This document shows, piece after piece, positions 56,479 through 64,000 of a stretch of DNA of 64,000 nt; the first letter of the stretch is position 1; every line of letters starts with the position of its first letter. The notes beneath the pieces were generated by a model. That model had not been told where the DNA came from. It saw nothing but the letters and a program-made list of their open reading frames with translations, and did no database searches. The stretch spans positions 10,133 through 74,132 of the IMG/VR virus record IMGVR_UViG_3300008448_000049. The stretch is one strand, 5' to 3'. This DNA is from a virus. The translations under genes and the position numbers were made by a program.

Positions 56479-57375
56479 TTAGTTGTTAATTGTTTTTTGA
56501 CAAATTAATAATGATTTTATGTGCAGGTCAAGTACAAAGTCATAGTTGTCTTTACGGTATCCACCAAATAAACAAAGTACTACAGGAACACGTTTGCATA
56601 GTTTAACTGATACATCATTAATCCAATTAGAAAATATCTCAGCTGCTTTAAGCCAGTTTTCTGTACTAAGCTGTCCTCCTAGATCATCTTCATCATGGCT
56701 ATCAGCGCCGTGACAAAACACTACGTAATGTACTTTGTTACTTAGAATCATCTCCTCTACGTGTTTTAACTTTTCTTTAAAGTCTTCAAGGTATGAGTTA
56801 TTACGACCTTGAGGGTTTATGTTACACCCTTTTGGTATAGCTTTCAGAAGAGTTGGATTAAAGATATAAGCATCTTCTATACTGTTACCGTAATGACCAT
56901 CAAGATCTAGATAAGCTCCAGATAAACCAAACTCATCATAAATTTTTATAGCTGATATGACTTGACCTGAAAATGTACAGAATCCTGAGCCACTATCAGG
57001 ATGTGCATGATGCATACCAGATACGGGAGCAAAGCACAGTTGATCTGGATTTTGTATAGCATGTCTTTTTGCTGCTAGCAGTGACCCTGTTGTGTAATGT
57101 AAACTGTTTACTAATTCTTTGCTCCAGGGTAAAGCATTGCTTGAATAATTACCCGTCATATTAAATACATTATTCACGTATTCTTTAGTATGAGCTATAT
57201 AAAAATCAGTTTTCTTGATTGGTTGGAAGTAGTCAATTATATCAAAGTGACTTCTAAGTCCTGTGTTTTCTATTTTCTCCATCAAAAGCTTTGGCTTAAG
57301 AGGACTTTTAGAAAAGGACGCACTCATCTTAGTACACACTTGTTTGGGCGTGTAAAATGTTTTTATTTTTTCCAT
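56479..57375 (-). CDS. Zn-dependent histone-deacetylase-family (HDAC/AcuC/APAH-like) amidohydrolase
   Basis: GMHHA, GFCTF, YLDLDGHYGN, GADSH..D.LG and GGY motifs. Confidence 0.9.
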   Translation of the reverse strand: MEKIKTFYTPKQVCTKMSASFSKSPLKPKLLMEKIENTGLRSHFDIIDYFQPIKKTDFYIAHTKEYVNNVFNMTGNYSSNALPWSKELVNSLHYTTGSLLAAKRHAIQNPDQLCFAPVSGMHHAHPDSGSGFCTFSGQVISAIKIYDEFGLSGAYLDLDGHYGNSIEDAYIFNPTLLKAIPKGCNINPQGRNNSYLEDFKEKLKHVEEMILSNKVHYVVFCHGADSHDEDDLGGQLSTENWLKAAEIFSNWINDVSVKLCKRVPVVLCLFGGYRKDNYDFVLDLHIKSLLICQKTINN

Positions 57376-57383
57376 ATTGTTTA

Positions 57384-57638
57384 TTAGTCTTGCATGTCGC
57401 CAACAGTTAAGTCAGTGTCATCAATGTTGTCCATAAGTTCATTCTCTTCTCCAAGAGCTTTTGTTGTTGACAATAAATGTCTTGTTGTATTCATCATTAA
57501 CATGAATTCAAAAGTGGGATCACCATTTGCATTAGTAGCACCTATTTTTTCATCAATAAGCATGGCCTCTATAGACTTAATCTTTTTTAAAAAACTAAAT
57601 CTTAACTCTTTAGCTGTGTAATTTTCTTCTTCTTTCAT
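57384..57638 (-). CDS. Hypothetical protein
   Basis: Translationally coupled ORF. Confidence 0.6.
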   Translation of the reverse strand: MKEEENYTAKELRFSFLKKIKSIEAMLIDEKIGATNANGDPTFEFMLMMNTTRHLLSTTKALGEENELMDNIDDTDLTVGDMQD

Positions 57639-57856
57639 GGTTGTTGTTTTATACCAAACTCAATACCAGCTTGAGAGTTATAGATAAATCTGTCCATAGC
57701 TCCTGCAGATAATTGAGGATTGATCTCTGTTAATAATGATTGAAATTCTTGATGAGGAATTATTACTAGTAATCTCATGTTACTAGGTATCTCACCCATA
57801 TTATGAGCAATGTGAAACCCAAAGGCTTCAATGTCATGTCTTGTTTTTATTTCCAT
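57635..57856 (-). CDS. Hypothetical protein
   Basis: Translationally coupled ORF. Confidence 0.6.
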   Translation of the reverse strand: MEIKTRHDIEAFGFHIAHNMGEIPSNMRLLVIIPHQEFQSLLTEINPQLSAGAMDRFIYNSQAGIEFGIKQQP

Positions 57857-57869
57857 ATGTGCGATGATT

Positions 57870-57891
57870 AAAAAAGCCGGTCTTTCCCGGC
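57870..57891 (-). terminator. Intrinsic terminator
   Basis: GCCGG-GAAAGA-CCGGC followed by T6 on the - strand. Confidence 0.7.
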
Positions 57892-58073
57892 TGTCAGTCT
57901 TTGATAACCATGATGCCTATGAATTTAAGCTACCAGCATTTTCTATATATGTCACTGTTAAATTGAAACCTTGTTAGGTTTAGTTGGGTACAGCTCTAAC
58001 ACATACGATGGATATCCATCTATTAACTCTCACACTCCGACAAGAGTGTGCGCAAATTGGGTAGACCCCAACT
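57870..58073 (-). ncRNA. Candidate structured non-coding RNA
   Basis: About 215 nt with no ORF in the track, relatively GC-rich, containing five hairpins and a long-range stem. Confidence 0.45.
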
Positions 58074-58370
58074 TTAATTAACTTCTGCGTTTTCTTCTAT
58101 GCTTTCTTCTAATATACGGTCAAGTACATTCTCAGCCCATTGGGCTCCGGGAGATCCTAGTAATGCAAATCTACTTGCGTCAAAATACTGGTAAGGAAAG
58201 CAATCATCAATATTAACCTCAGCTAATTTGAATCCAAGCTTTCCTCCTTGTATCATTAACTTTGTAACATGCGTTACCGTATAGACTTCACTTTCTTTAA
58301 TCCATTTACTTGATGGTATTCCATCAGGTCTTGCCTTATCATTGATACAAATCACCTTGAACTTGATCAT
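58074..58370 (-). CDS. Hypothetical phage protein
   Basis: KVICIND...YTV...F.ASRF, an SH3-like pattern. Confidence 0.65.
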   Translation of the reverse strand: MIKFKVICINDKARPDGIPSSKWIKESEVYTVTHVTKLMIQGGKLGFKLAEVNIDDCFPYQYFDASRFALLGSPGAQWAENVLDRILEESIEENAEVN

Positions 58371-58653
58371 AATCTGAGTTTATAGGTTCAACATAATCAG
58401 GATTCCATTCTGGATGAGTAGAAAACTCTGCTACAAATTGATTATTCTCTGATGCAAAGTGACGTAAGCTTTTATGATATGCTTCATCACTAGCATGTTC
58501 TGATACACCTACTGAAGGTGTACCTACTGGTAAGAAATCATCATCTGCTGTGAATATATCCACATCAATTACACCATTACCTTTATCCACTGTCATGAAT
58601 AAAAGCTTTTGAATTTTGTTGTCTGTTTTAAAGATAAGCGCTGTTGTTGCCAT
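58339..58653 (-). CDS. Hypothetical protein
   Basis: ORF in operon. Confidence 0.65.
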   Translation of the reverse strand: MATTALIFKTDNKIQKLLFMTVDKGNGVIDVDIFTADDDFLPVGTPSVGVSEHASDEAYHKSLRHFASENNQFVAEFSTHPEWNPDYVEPINSDYDQVQGDLYQ

Positions 58654-58655
58654 TG

Positions 58656-58958
58656 TTATAATAGATTTTTATTGTGTTTTGGACCATACATTAAGTTACT
58701 GTCGGGCTGTCTTTTGACAGTGACTTTGTAGAACTTTTTACTTGTTACTGGAGCTAAATCAATTTCCTCTACTATTAAGAGCGGGTTCTTTACATCAATT
58801 ACGCTTGTAGTTTTTAATGTGATTTCTTTTAAACCAGCAAAGTAATTCCAAACATTTTGAAGTTTTAACAAAGGCCCATTGGGTATTTGCACATCTACTG
58901 TGGTTTTTAAAGAGCTTTGCATTATCTCATACTCTTCATGTTTATCTTTGTTTAGCAT
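58656..58958 (-). CDS. Hypothetical protein
   Basis: ORF with TAATTTTG upstream at 58977-58970. Confidence 0.6.
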   Translation of the reverse strand: MLNKDKHEEYEIMQSSLKTTVDVQIPNGPLLKLQNVWNYFAGLKEITLKTTSVIDVKNPLLIVEEIDLAPVTSKKFYKVTVKRQPDSNLMYGPKHNKNLL

Positions 58959-58974
58959 GTTGCAATTTACAAAA

Positions 58975-59478
58975 TTATTTTAATCTCCATATCCTACCAC
59001 TAATATATTTTTTCTGAGCATCACCAGAAAATGTACTCTTAATAGTGTAAACTAATTCACCCTTGTTAGTTTTAGCAATATAATTTTTTGCTTGCTGAAA
59101 AATATTACCTGCAGCTTTCTTAGAGTCAGCTATACTATTAGGTATATATATTGAATCAAGCTTATCAGCTTTTATACTCAACATCTGTTTAGCTAACATG
59201 ATTACAATATCTGGTGTAGTTCTAGTACCTGTAAAAGGTACTTGCTCAATCTTAAAAGGATTAACTTTAATAGTGTTATCAACCTTAGATTTAACATCAG
59301 CAACTTTTGTTACTGAATACCTTTTAGAGTCTTTTCTATTGCCAAACATTCTACCAAACTTAATCTTTGCTGCATTAAGTGTACACCCAATAAGTTTAGG
59401 AGCATCATTTAATTTACCAGTAAGTCCTAGACTTTTTAATACTGTTAATTTTTCTTTAGTCCATTCTATTCTTGCCAT
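58975..59478 (-). CDS. Basic hypothetical protein (possible HTH)
   Basis: WT.E...L N-terminus and GRIWR C-terminus. Confidence 0.6.
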   Translation of the reverse strand: MARIEWTKEKLTVLKSLGLTGKLNDAPKLIGCTLNAAKIKFGRMFGNRKDSKRYSVTKVADVKSKVDNTIKVNPFKIEQVPFTGTRTTPDIVIMLAKQMLSIKADKLDSIYIPNSIADSKKAAGNIFQQAKNYIAKTNKGELVYTIKSTFSGDAQKKYISGRIWRLK

Positions 59479-59489
59479 TGTCTTTTCTT

Positions 59490-60578
59490 TTAAGTTATTA
59501 CATAATTAATTTTAGATTGATCAAAGTCCTCAAGTGCTTGTGCTACCCAGTTCTCATCAACAGTATTAGCATAACATAGTATGTTGATTGTTGATGTGTC
59601 ATTTGGGTTTAATCTTAACAAGCGTCCCAATCTTTGGGCTGTCTTACGTTCATTACCATAAGCATGCATTATTATTCCCTCTTTTAAATTAGGGATGTTA
59701 ACACCTTCATTTAATTGGAGCACACAAGATAGCTTAGTAATCTCACCATTTTTAAACTTGATTAAATTTTCTTCAGAGTAACTGTTGTTACTGTGATAGC
59801 TGTGAGTGCATAAATTATCTGCTTGCTCTTGTGTGTTAGCAAATAAGATTACTTTATCAGATGTTGATTCAAATAATTTCTTAGCCAGATTTTCTTTACT
59901 AGGAAAACCCATAAGAGCTTTCATACGCATTACGCGCATTATCTGTTGTTCTTTTTTAGTTGAAGCCGCATCAAGTCTATTAGTCCAGTAGTTATAAGTA
60001 TCATACTCTGAAGCGTACCAGGTTTTACCCTGTTTGGTCTTCATCTCCATTGTCTTAAGCTTATTCAAGTTAAGCATATGGATTACAATCTGATAATCAT
60101 TTAAGATCTTATCATTGATTGCGGTGTCTGTCTTATACTTGTAAACTATAGGACAATACTTATCCACCATCTCTCCTTTCTCAGAAGCTTTATATTTTGG
60201 TGGAGTACCTGTTAATCCTAAAATCTTTCCCTTGTAACCATTTAACCATTCATCATGTGAATAAAGAAGTGAATGGCATTCATCTAAATAGACTACATCA
60301 TAATCAATATCTTGTTTATACAATGATAAATAAGTTGTTGTATCTATATGAGGTATAAGATAAGCTAACTTGTGTTGTTCAGCTTGCTGTATCCATTCTT
60401 TAAGAATAGACATTTTAGGAGCAACTACAAGGAAGCGCGCGTATTCTGAGTAATTCTTACTCATATGTTTTAAACCTATTAAAGTTTTACCTGAACCCAT
60501 TGAAGCACCTACACCACATCTATTAAGATTGCCTATTGCATTCTCTGCTTCTTTTTGTATGTCATCTCTCTTTTTCAT
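59490..60578 (-). CDS. SF2 (DExH) helicase, UvsW/XPB-like
   Basis: MGSGKT, DECH, GLTGTP, LNEGVNIP and QRLGRLLR motifs. Confidence 0.92.
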   Translation of the reverse strand: MKKRDDIQKEAENAIGNLNRCGVGASMGSGKTLIGLKHMSKNYSEYARFLVVAPKMSILKEWIQQAEQHKLAYLIPHIDTTTYLSLYKQDIDYDVVYLDECHSLLYSHDEWLNGYKGKILGLTGTPPKYKASEKGEMVDKYCPIVYKYKTDTAINDKILNDYQIVIHMLNLNKLKTMEMKTKQGKTWYASEYDTYNYWTNRLDAASTKKEQQIMRVMRMKALMGFPSKENLAKKLFESTSDKVILFANTQEQADNLCTHSYHSNNSYSEENLIKFKNGEITKLSCVLQLNEGVNIPNLKEGIIMHAYGNERKTAQRLGRLLRLNPNDTSTINILCYANTVDENWVAQALEDFDQSKINYVIT

Positions 60579-60961
60579 GCTTCTAAGTTTACGCCGGGTA
60601 ATTTCATCTGAGCAGCAACTGTTACATCAACAAAAGCAATTCCTGATTTAGGCGCACCATGCGGTGCAAATAATTCTTCTGCTACTTGTTGTTCAACACA
60701 CCATATATTACCTGACCTGTAAGGATTAGTAACATCTGTTGTCTTTGCTTCCACAGCACCTATTAGTATAAAGCCTTTATCTTTCATATCTGTGCAATCC
60801 GGGCAAAATGTTTTAGACCAAGTTGTTTTACCATCCATTTTTTCTACTTCTTCAGCAGATTTTTGTGTCAGTTTTTTGTTAATGAAAATTGAGCCTTCCA
60901 TTTCTTTTGTGCATATTGGACATAGTTCATGTACAAGTGCAACACCTATTTTCTTTTTCAT
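60575..60961 (-). CDS. Zn-binding hypothetical protein
   Basis: CPIC...CPDC. Confidence 0.65.
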   Translation of the reverse strand: MKKKIGVALVHELCPICTKEMEGSIFINKKLTQKSAEEVEKMDGKTTWSKTFCPDCTDMKDKGFILIGAVEAKTTDVTNPYRSGNIWCVEQQVAEELFAPHGAPKSGIAFVDVTVAAQMKLPGVNLEA

Positions 60962-60962
60962 A

Positions 60963-61550
60963 TTAGTTTAAACTGATGTTATTGTTTTTAATTAATTCTG
61001 CTAACTCACTGTAATTTTCTTCAAGTAAGTTAGTTAAAACGCCTGAAGCATTTTTGTCTGCCTTGGGCTGTAGGTTTAAATCTTCTATAAGTTTTAAATC
61101 TGTTACATCACCCATTTTAATCATCTCCCAGTACATTACACCTTCATCTTTAAATGTTTCAAAGCTTATCATCAAGCATTCTTTGCTGTCAGGATTAACG
61201 CTTGGTCTAAATGAATCATCTAGATATACACCATCATCATCAATAACAGTTTTACCAATAGGTGCTGTTGCAATGTATGCTTCACTGGCAAATGCTATTG
61301 CCATAGGTTTTAGTTCTTTATTAAACTCCCGCATCAATTCAGCCGCTTTTAGTTTCATTTCATCATCACCGCTAAACAATTGAGTTAGTCCTCCAAGTAC
61401 GGCTATTGATACTTTATTGTCTTTAATAACAAGAGCCATCATTATAGGGTCAACACCACCAAATTCATTTACCATGTCTTTGACCATCATAACTACTTGT
61501 TCTTTAAAGTTTTCTATCTCTTTATTGTAAAATTCTTGTATTGTCTTCAT
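60963..61550 (-). CDS. Hypothetical protein
   Basis: 195-aa translationally coupled ORF. Confidence 0.7.
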   Translation of the reverse strand: MKTIQEFYNKEIENFKEQVVMMVKDMVNEFGGVDPIMMALVIKDNKVSIAVLGGLTQLFSGDDEMKLKAAELMREFNKELKPMAIAFASEAYIATAPIGKTVIDDDGVYLDDSFRPSVNPDSKECLMISFETFKDEGVMYWEMIKMGDVTDLKLIEDLNLQPKADKNASGVLTNLLEENYSELAELIKNNNISLN

Positions 61551-61840
61551 TAAGCTTTATTTAAAAATATTTCTAACTCTTCTAATGTGTACTTAGCAAC
61601 TAGATCAAAAATTACTTTATCTTTTAACCAGTCTTGTACAGTACCTTCTTCATCTGCAGGTTTACCTGCTGTATCATAGCGTAAAGCTTCTCTGATATTA
61701 AATCTAAGATCTTTAAGATACTTAGGGTCATTTTTCTTTTTATATAACTTTACTTTATACTCAATGATCTCTATTAAATCATCATCACTGATTTCATCAA
61801 AGTTTATATCTACATCTGTGTTTATTGTTATGTAACTCAT
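61550..61840 (-). CDS. Hypothetical protein
   Basis: Translationally coupled ORF. Confidence 0.65.
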   Translation of the reverse strand: MSYITINTDVDINFDEISDDDLIEIIEYKVKLYKKKNDPKYLKDLRFNIREALRYDTAGKPADEEGTVQDWLKDKVIFDLVAKYTLEELEIFLNKA

Positions 61841-61841
61841 A

Positions 61842-62261
61842 TTACTTATTTAATCTGTTAATACTAAAGCCCATTTCCTTGGCTTCTCTAGGGTGTTCTT
61901 CAATCCACATGTGGCAAGCTCTACACAGAGCTAACCAATGTGTTTCATCTAAGTATAATTCTCCAACTCTGCCGGCCATGTGATGTACGTCAGTTGCTAA
62001 CTGTGTACATATACCGGGGAGATGAGCTTTACACATAGAGTGTTTACTCAAGTATATCTTTCTTTTCTCAGAATATACTGATTCTTGTATAATACGTTTA
62101 GGAGAGCGTTGAGGCAGCCTTTTTTGCACAGCCGTTGGTTTAGGCTTGGACTTAGCTGAATGAGCACTCCAGCACTGCTTGCAAAAACGCTTGCCTCCAT
62201 CATTTTTCCAAATGATGTTTAACTCCCCACACCTATCACACGGTTTCTTTTTGATCTTCAT
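61842..62261 (-). CDS. HNH nuclease-like protein with N-terminal Zn finger
   Basis: CDRC...CKQC, then C......C...ATDVHH..GR and LCRACH. Confidence 0.75.
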   Translation of the reverse strand: MKIKKKPCDRCGELNIIWKNDGGKRFCKQCWSAHSAKSKPKPTAVQKRLPQRSPKRIIQESVYSEKRKIYLSKHSMCKAHLPGICTQLATDVHHMAGRVGELYLDETHWLALCRACHMWIEEHPREAKEMGFSINRLNK

Positions 62262-62475
62262 CTGATATTATTAAACCAGGTATCTCTTTTGTTGCAGATT
62301 TCTTACAGATAAGCACACCATTTCTGAATGTTTTACTTAATACTGTAACAGCAGATCTAATCTCTGTAAGATCATTGTCCTGTTTCATCATCTGTTTAAG
62401 CAATGCTTCTTCAGCTTCATTCTCAGGAGCAAAAAGTAATGATACTCCGCCATTTACTATAAATTCTACTTGCAT
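62236..62475 (-). CDS. Hypothetical protein
   Basis: Translationally coupled ORF. Confidence 0.65.
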   Translation of the reverse strand: MQVEFIVNGGVSLLFAPENEAEEALLKQMMKQDNDLTEIRSAVTVLSKTFRNGVLICKKSATKEIPGLIISDEDQKETV

Positions 62476-62477
62476 GT

Positions 62478-62957
62478 TTAAGTTGTTTTAAGTTCATAAA
62501 AATTACTAGGTAAGATGTCTTCTACTATGAGCTTTTTAACTATATCTTTCTTTGTAACACCTAGTGTTTTAAAGGATATGCAGCTTGTGTAATTCACATC
62601 TATTTCATTTGTTGTTTGCTCAAGATACTTAGTTATTTCCATATTAGGAAATAATTGTTTGAAAAATCCTGTGCTAAACTTATTAACTATTTGCTGTTTC
62701 CAAATATTTAACGTGGTGCGCGTTTTTCTGTGTTTCTTTTCAATTCTCTTGCGCTTTTCCCAGTTCATACTCTTGATTTCCTCCGGTGAATAAACGGATA
62801 AACCAAACAATGCTCTGTTATACAAGAAAATCTGATAATTATTTAGCTGTGATGGTGTCATGAGATTGTATTTTTTCTCATTATATGTGTTACCTTTTAG
62901 TTGGTAATCACTCAATTTACCTGAATATTCAGGATTTGCTTTGATTGTTTGCGCCAT
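62478..62957 (-). CDS. Hypothetical protein
   Basis: 159-aa ORF. Confidence 0.7.
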   Translation of the reverse strand: MAQTIKANPEYSGKLSDYQLKGNTYNEKKYNLMTPSQLNNYQIFLYNRALFGLSVYSPEEIKSMNWEKRKRIEKKHRKTRTTLNIWKQQIVNKFSTGFFKQLFPNMEITKYLEQTTNEIDVNYTSCISFKTLGVTKKDIVKKLIVEDILPSNFYELKTT

Positions 62958-63005
62958 GTTATGATTTTTAAGATTAAGTTAACTTGCTTTACTTACTTTG
63001 CTTGG

Positions 63006-63054
63006 AAAAAAAAGGGGTTGAAGAATAAGATAAACACCTTATTCTTCAACCACC
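63006..63054 (-). terminator. Intrinsic terminator with long stem
   Basis: 14-bp perfect stem GGTTGAAGAATAAG/CTTATTCTTCAACC (63016-63051) plus an A8 run. Confidence 0.85.
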
Positions 63055-63066
63055 TTAATATCTAAA

Positions 63067-63567
63067 TTACATGATATTCAAATCTGTTTCTTGAGTCTGC
63101 TTTTGAGCATCTTGATCAGCTAATTCTAAATAAGCTGCGCGGATGTCATCAACATTGTTATGAGAAACAGGATTACCAAATTCATCAATGATAAATACAT
63201 CTGATGCTTCAGCATTAGTGCTATAAAACGCTTTACGGTAAATTGGTTGACCGTCAATGCAGCATGGAATATTTGTTCTTCCAGCAATTTTATAATCACG
63301 CTCTGGTTCTTTAGGGTTAAATGGCTCTAATTGCTCTTTAACAATAATAGTTCCTTTTAATTCTTGCTCAGCTTTCCAGTTAAAAGATTTTAAATCTTTA
63401 ATTAAACCGGGGATAAGTGCACTTACACTCTTTAAACGAGCAAAGCCTCGGTCATCAATAACAACACGCTCTTGGCTAACACGAATGTGTCCCCATATTG
63501 AATTGTTTTTTGATGGTACTACTACATTACCTGCAGGATCTGCTTTTACTTTAACTTTTGAGTTCAT
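63067..63567 (-). CDS. Hypothetical protein (beta-rich, possibly OB-fold)
   Basis: 166-aa ORF flanked by terminators. Confidence 0.7.
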   Translation of the reverse strand: MNSKVKVKADPAGNVVVPSKNNSIWGHIRVSQERVVIDDRGFARLKSVSALIPGLIKDLKSFNWKAEQELKGTIIVKEQLEPFNPKEPERDYKIAGRTNIPCCIDGQPIYRKAFYSTNAEASDVFIIDEFGNPVSHNNVDDIRAAYLELADQDAQKQTQETDLNIM

Positions 63568-63611
63568 TTTTAATTTTAATTTTGAGTTGATAATAGCTCT
63601 TTACATAATGC

Positions 63612-63638
63612 AAAAAAGACAGGGAGCTTGTCCTGTCT
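63612..63638 (-). terminator. Intrinsic terminator
   Basis: AGACAGG/CCTGTCT stem plus an A6 run. Confidence 0.75.
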
Positions 63639-63676
63639 AATAACATAATCCGTTACCTTCTGTGTGAGTCTGAGGC

Positions 63677-63973
63677 TTACTGATCTAAACTGTCTGGATC
63701 TGGTATCTCTGGTAATTCATCCAAGTAAATTGTATCTGTATTTGGGTTGTCCCCGTGGCTTTTATCTTCATCAGGATCAGTGTAATCTATTTCATTAGTC
63801 ACATAATCTTTGTTTTTATAAGCATTTGGCTTAATAGATGAACCTACCCAGGGTGAATTAGCATAGTCTCCCGCATTAATACTCACAAGAAATTGTATAT
63901 CTTGGTCTGTGAGAGCCAGATATTCCTCTATTGTGAGTGATATAACCTTACCAGTAGGGAGTTGGTACAACAT
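63677..63973 (-). CDS. Hypothetical protein with acidic tail
   Basis: Begins MLYQLPTGKVI...EEYL. TATTTTTG -7 element at 63997-63990. Confidence 0.7.
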   Translation of the reverse strand: MLYQLPTGKVISLTIEEYLALTDQDIQFLVSINAGDYANSPWVGSSIKPNAYKNKDYVTNEIDYTDPDEDKSHGDNPNTDTIYLDELPEIPDPDSLDQ

Positions 63974-64000
63974 TTATTTGCATTTTATACAAAAATACAG

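Noticed and set aside
1-64000. Stop-codon reassignment as seen in some crAss-like phages
   Set aside because: The standard code gives intact long ORFs and dense coding. TAG and TGA both occur as real stops.
1-64000. CRISPR array, tRNA genes, integrase, reverse transcriptase/DGR
   Set aside because: I saw no spaced repeats, cloverleaf or corresponding protein motifs. A tRNA scan was not run.

Overview
This window is a 64 kb segment of an AT-rich lytic dsDNA phage of the crAss-like type (Crassvirales-related). The host is probably Bacteroidota, judging by TTTG-N20-TAnnTTTG promoters and Bacteroidota-type accessory genes. The + strand (1-31952) encodes five very large virion or ejected proteins. 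One is a 4641-aa virion RNA polymerase polyprotein with a DFDID catalytic motif, fused to zincin, SF1 helicase, P-loop kinase and other modules. The - strand (32023-63973) carries replication, recombination and nucleotide genes: PolB, primase, DnaB, SSB-like, RecT-like, PD-(D/E)XK nuclease, UNG, dNMP kinase, MazG-like and an SF2 helicase. It also carries a MoxR-like AAA+/vWA-metallopeptidase module, host-like accessory genes (L,D-transpeptidase, ClpS, HDAC-family deacetylase) and many small ORFs. Two group I introns with homing endonucleases split the AAA+ ATPase and ung genes; splice sites, P1 and P10 could be mapped by eye. The main unexplained signals are: (i) the three largest proteins contain only four Cys in about 8400 aa, all at the adjoining termini, suggesting a head-to-tail disulfide chain; (ii) repeat-bounded enzyme cassettes are nested in the RNAP C-terminus; (iii) three paralogous genes surround the AAA+/vWA pair; (iv) there is a structured non-coding RNA candidate and a repeat-bounded gene cassette in the variable region. 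All family assignments come from motif recognition, not database searches.
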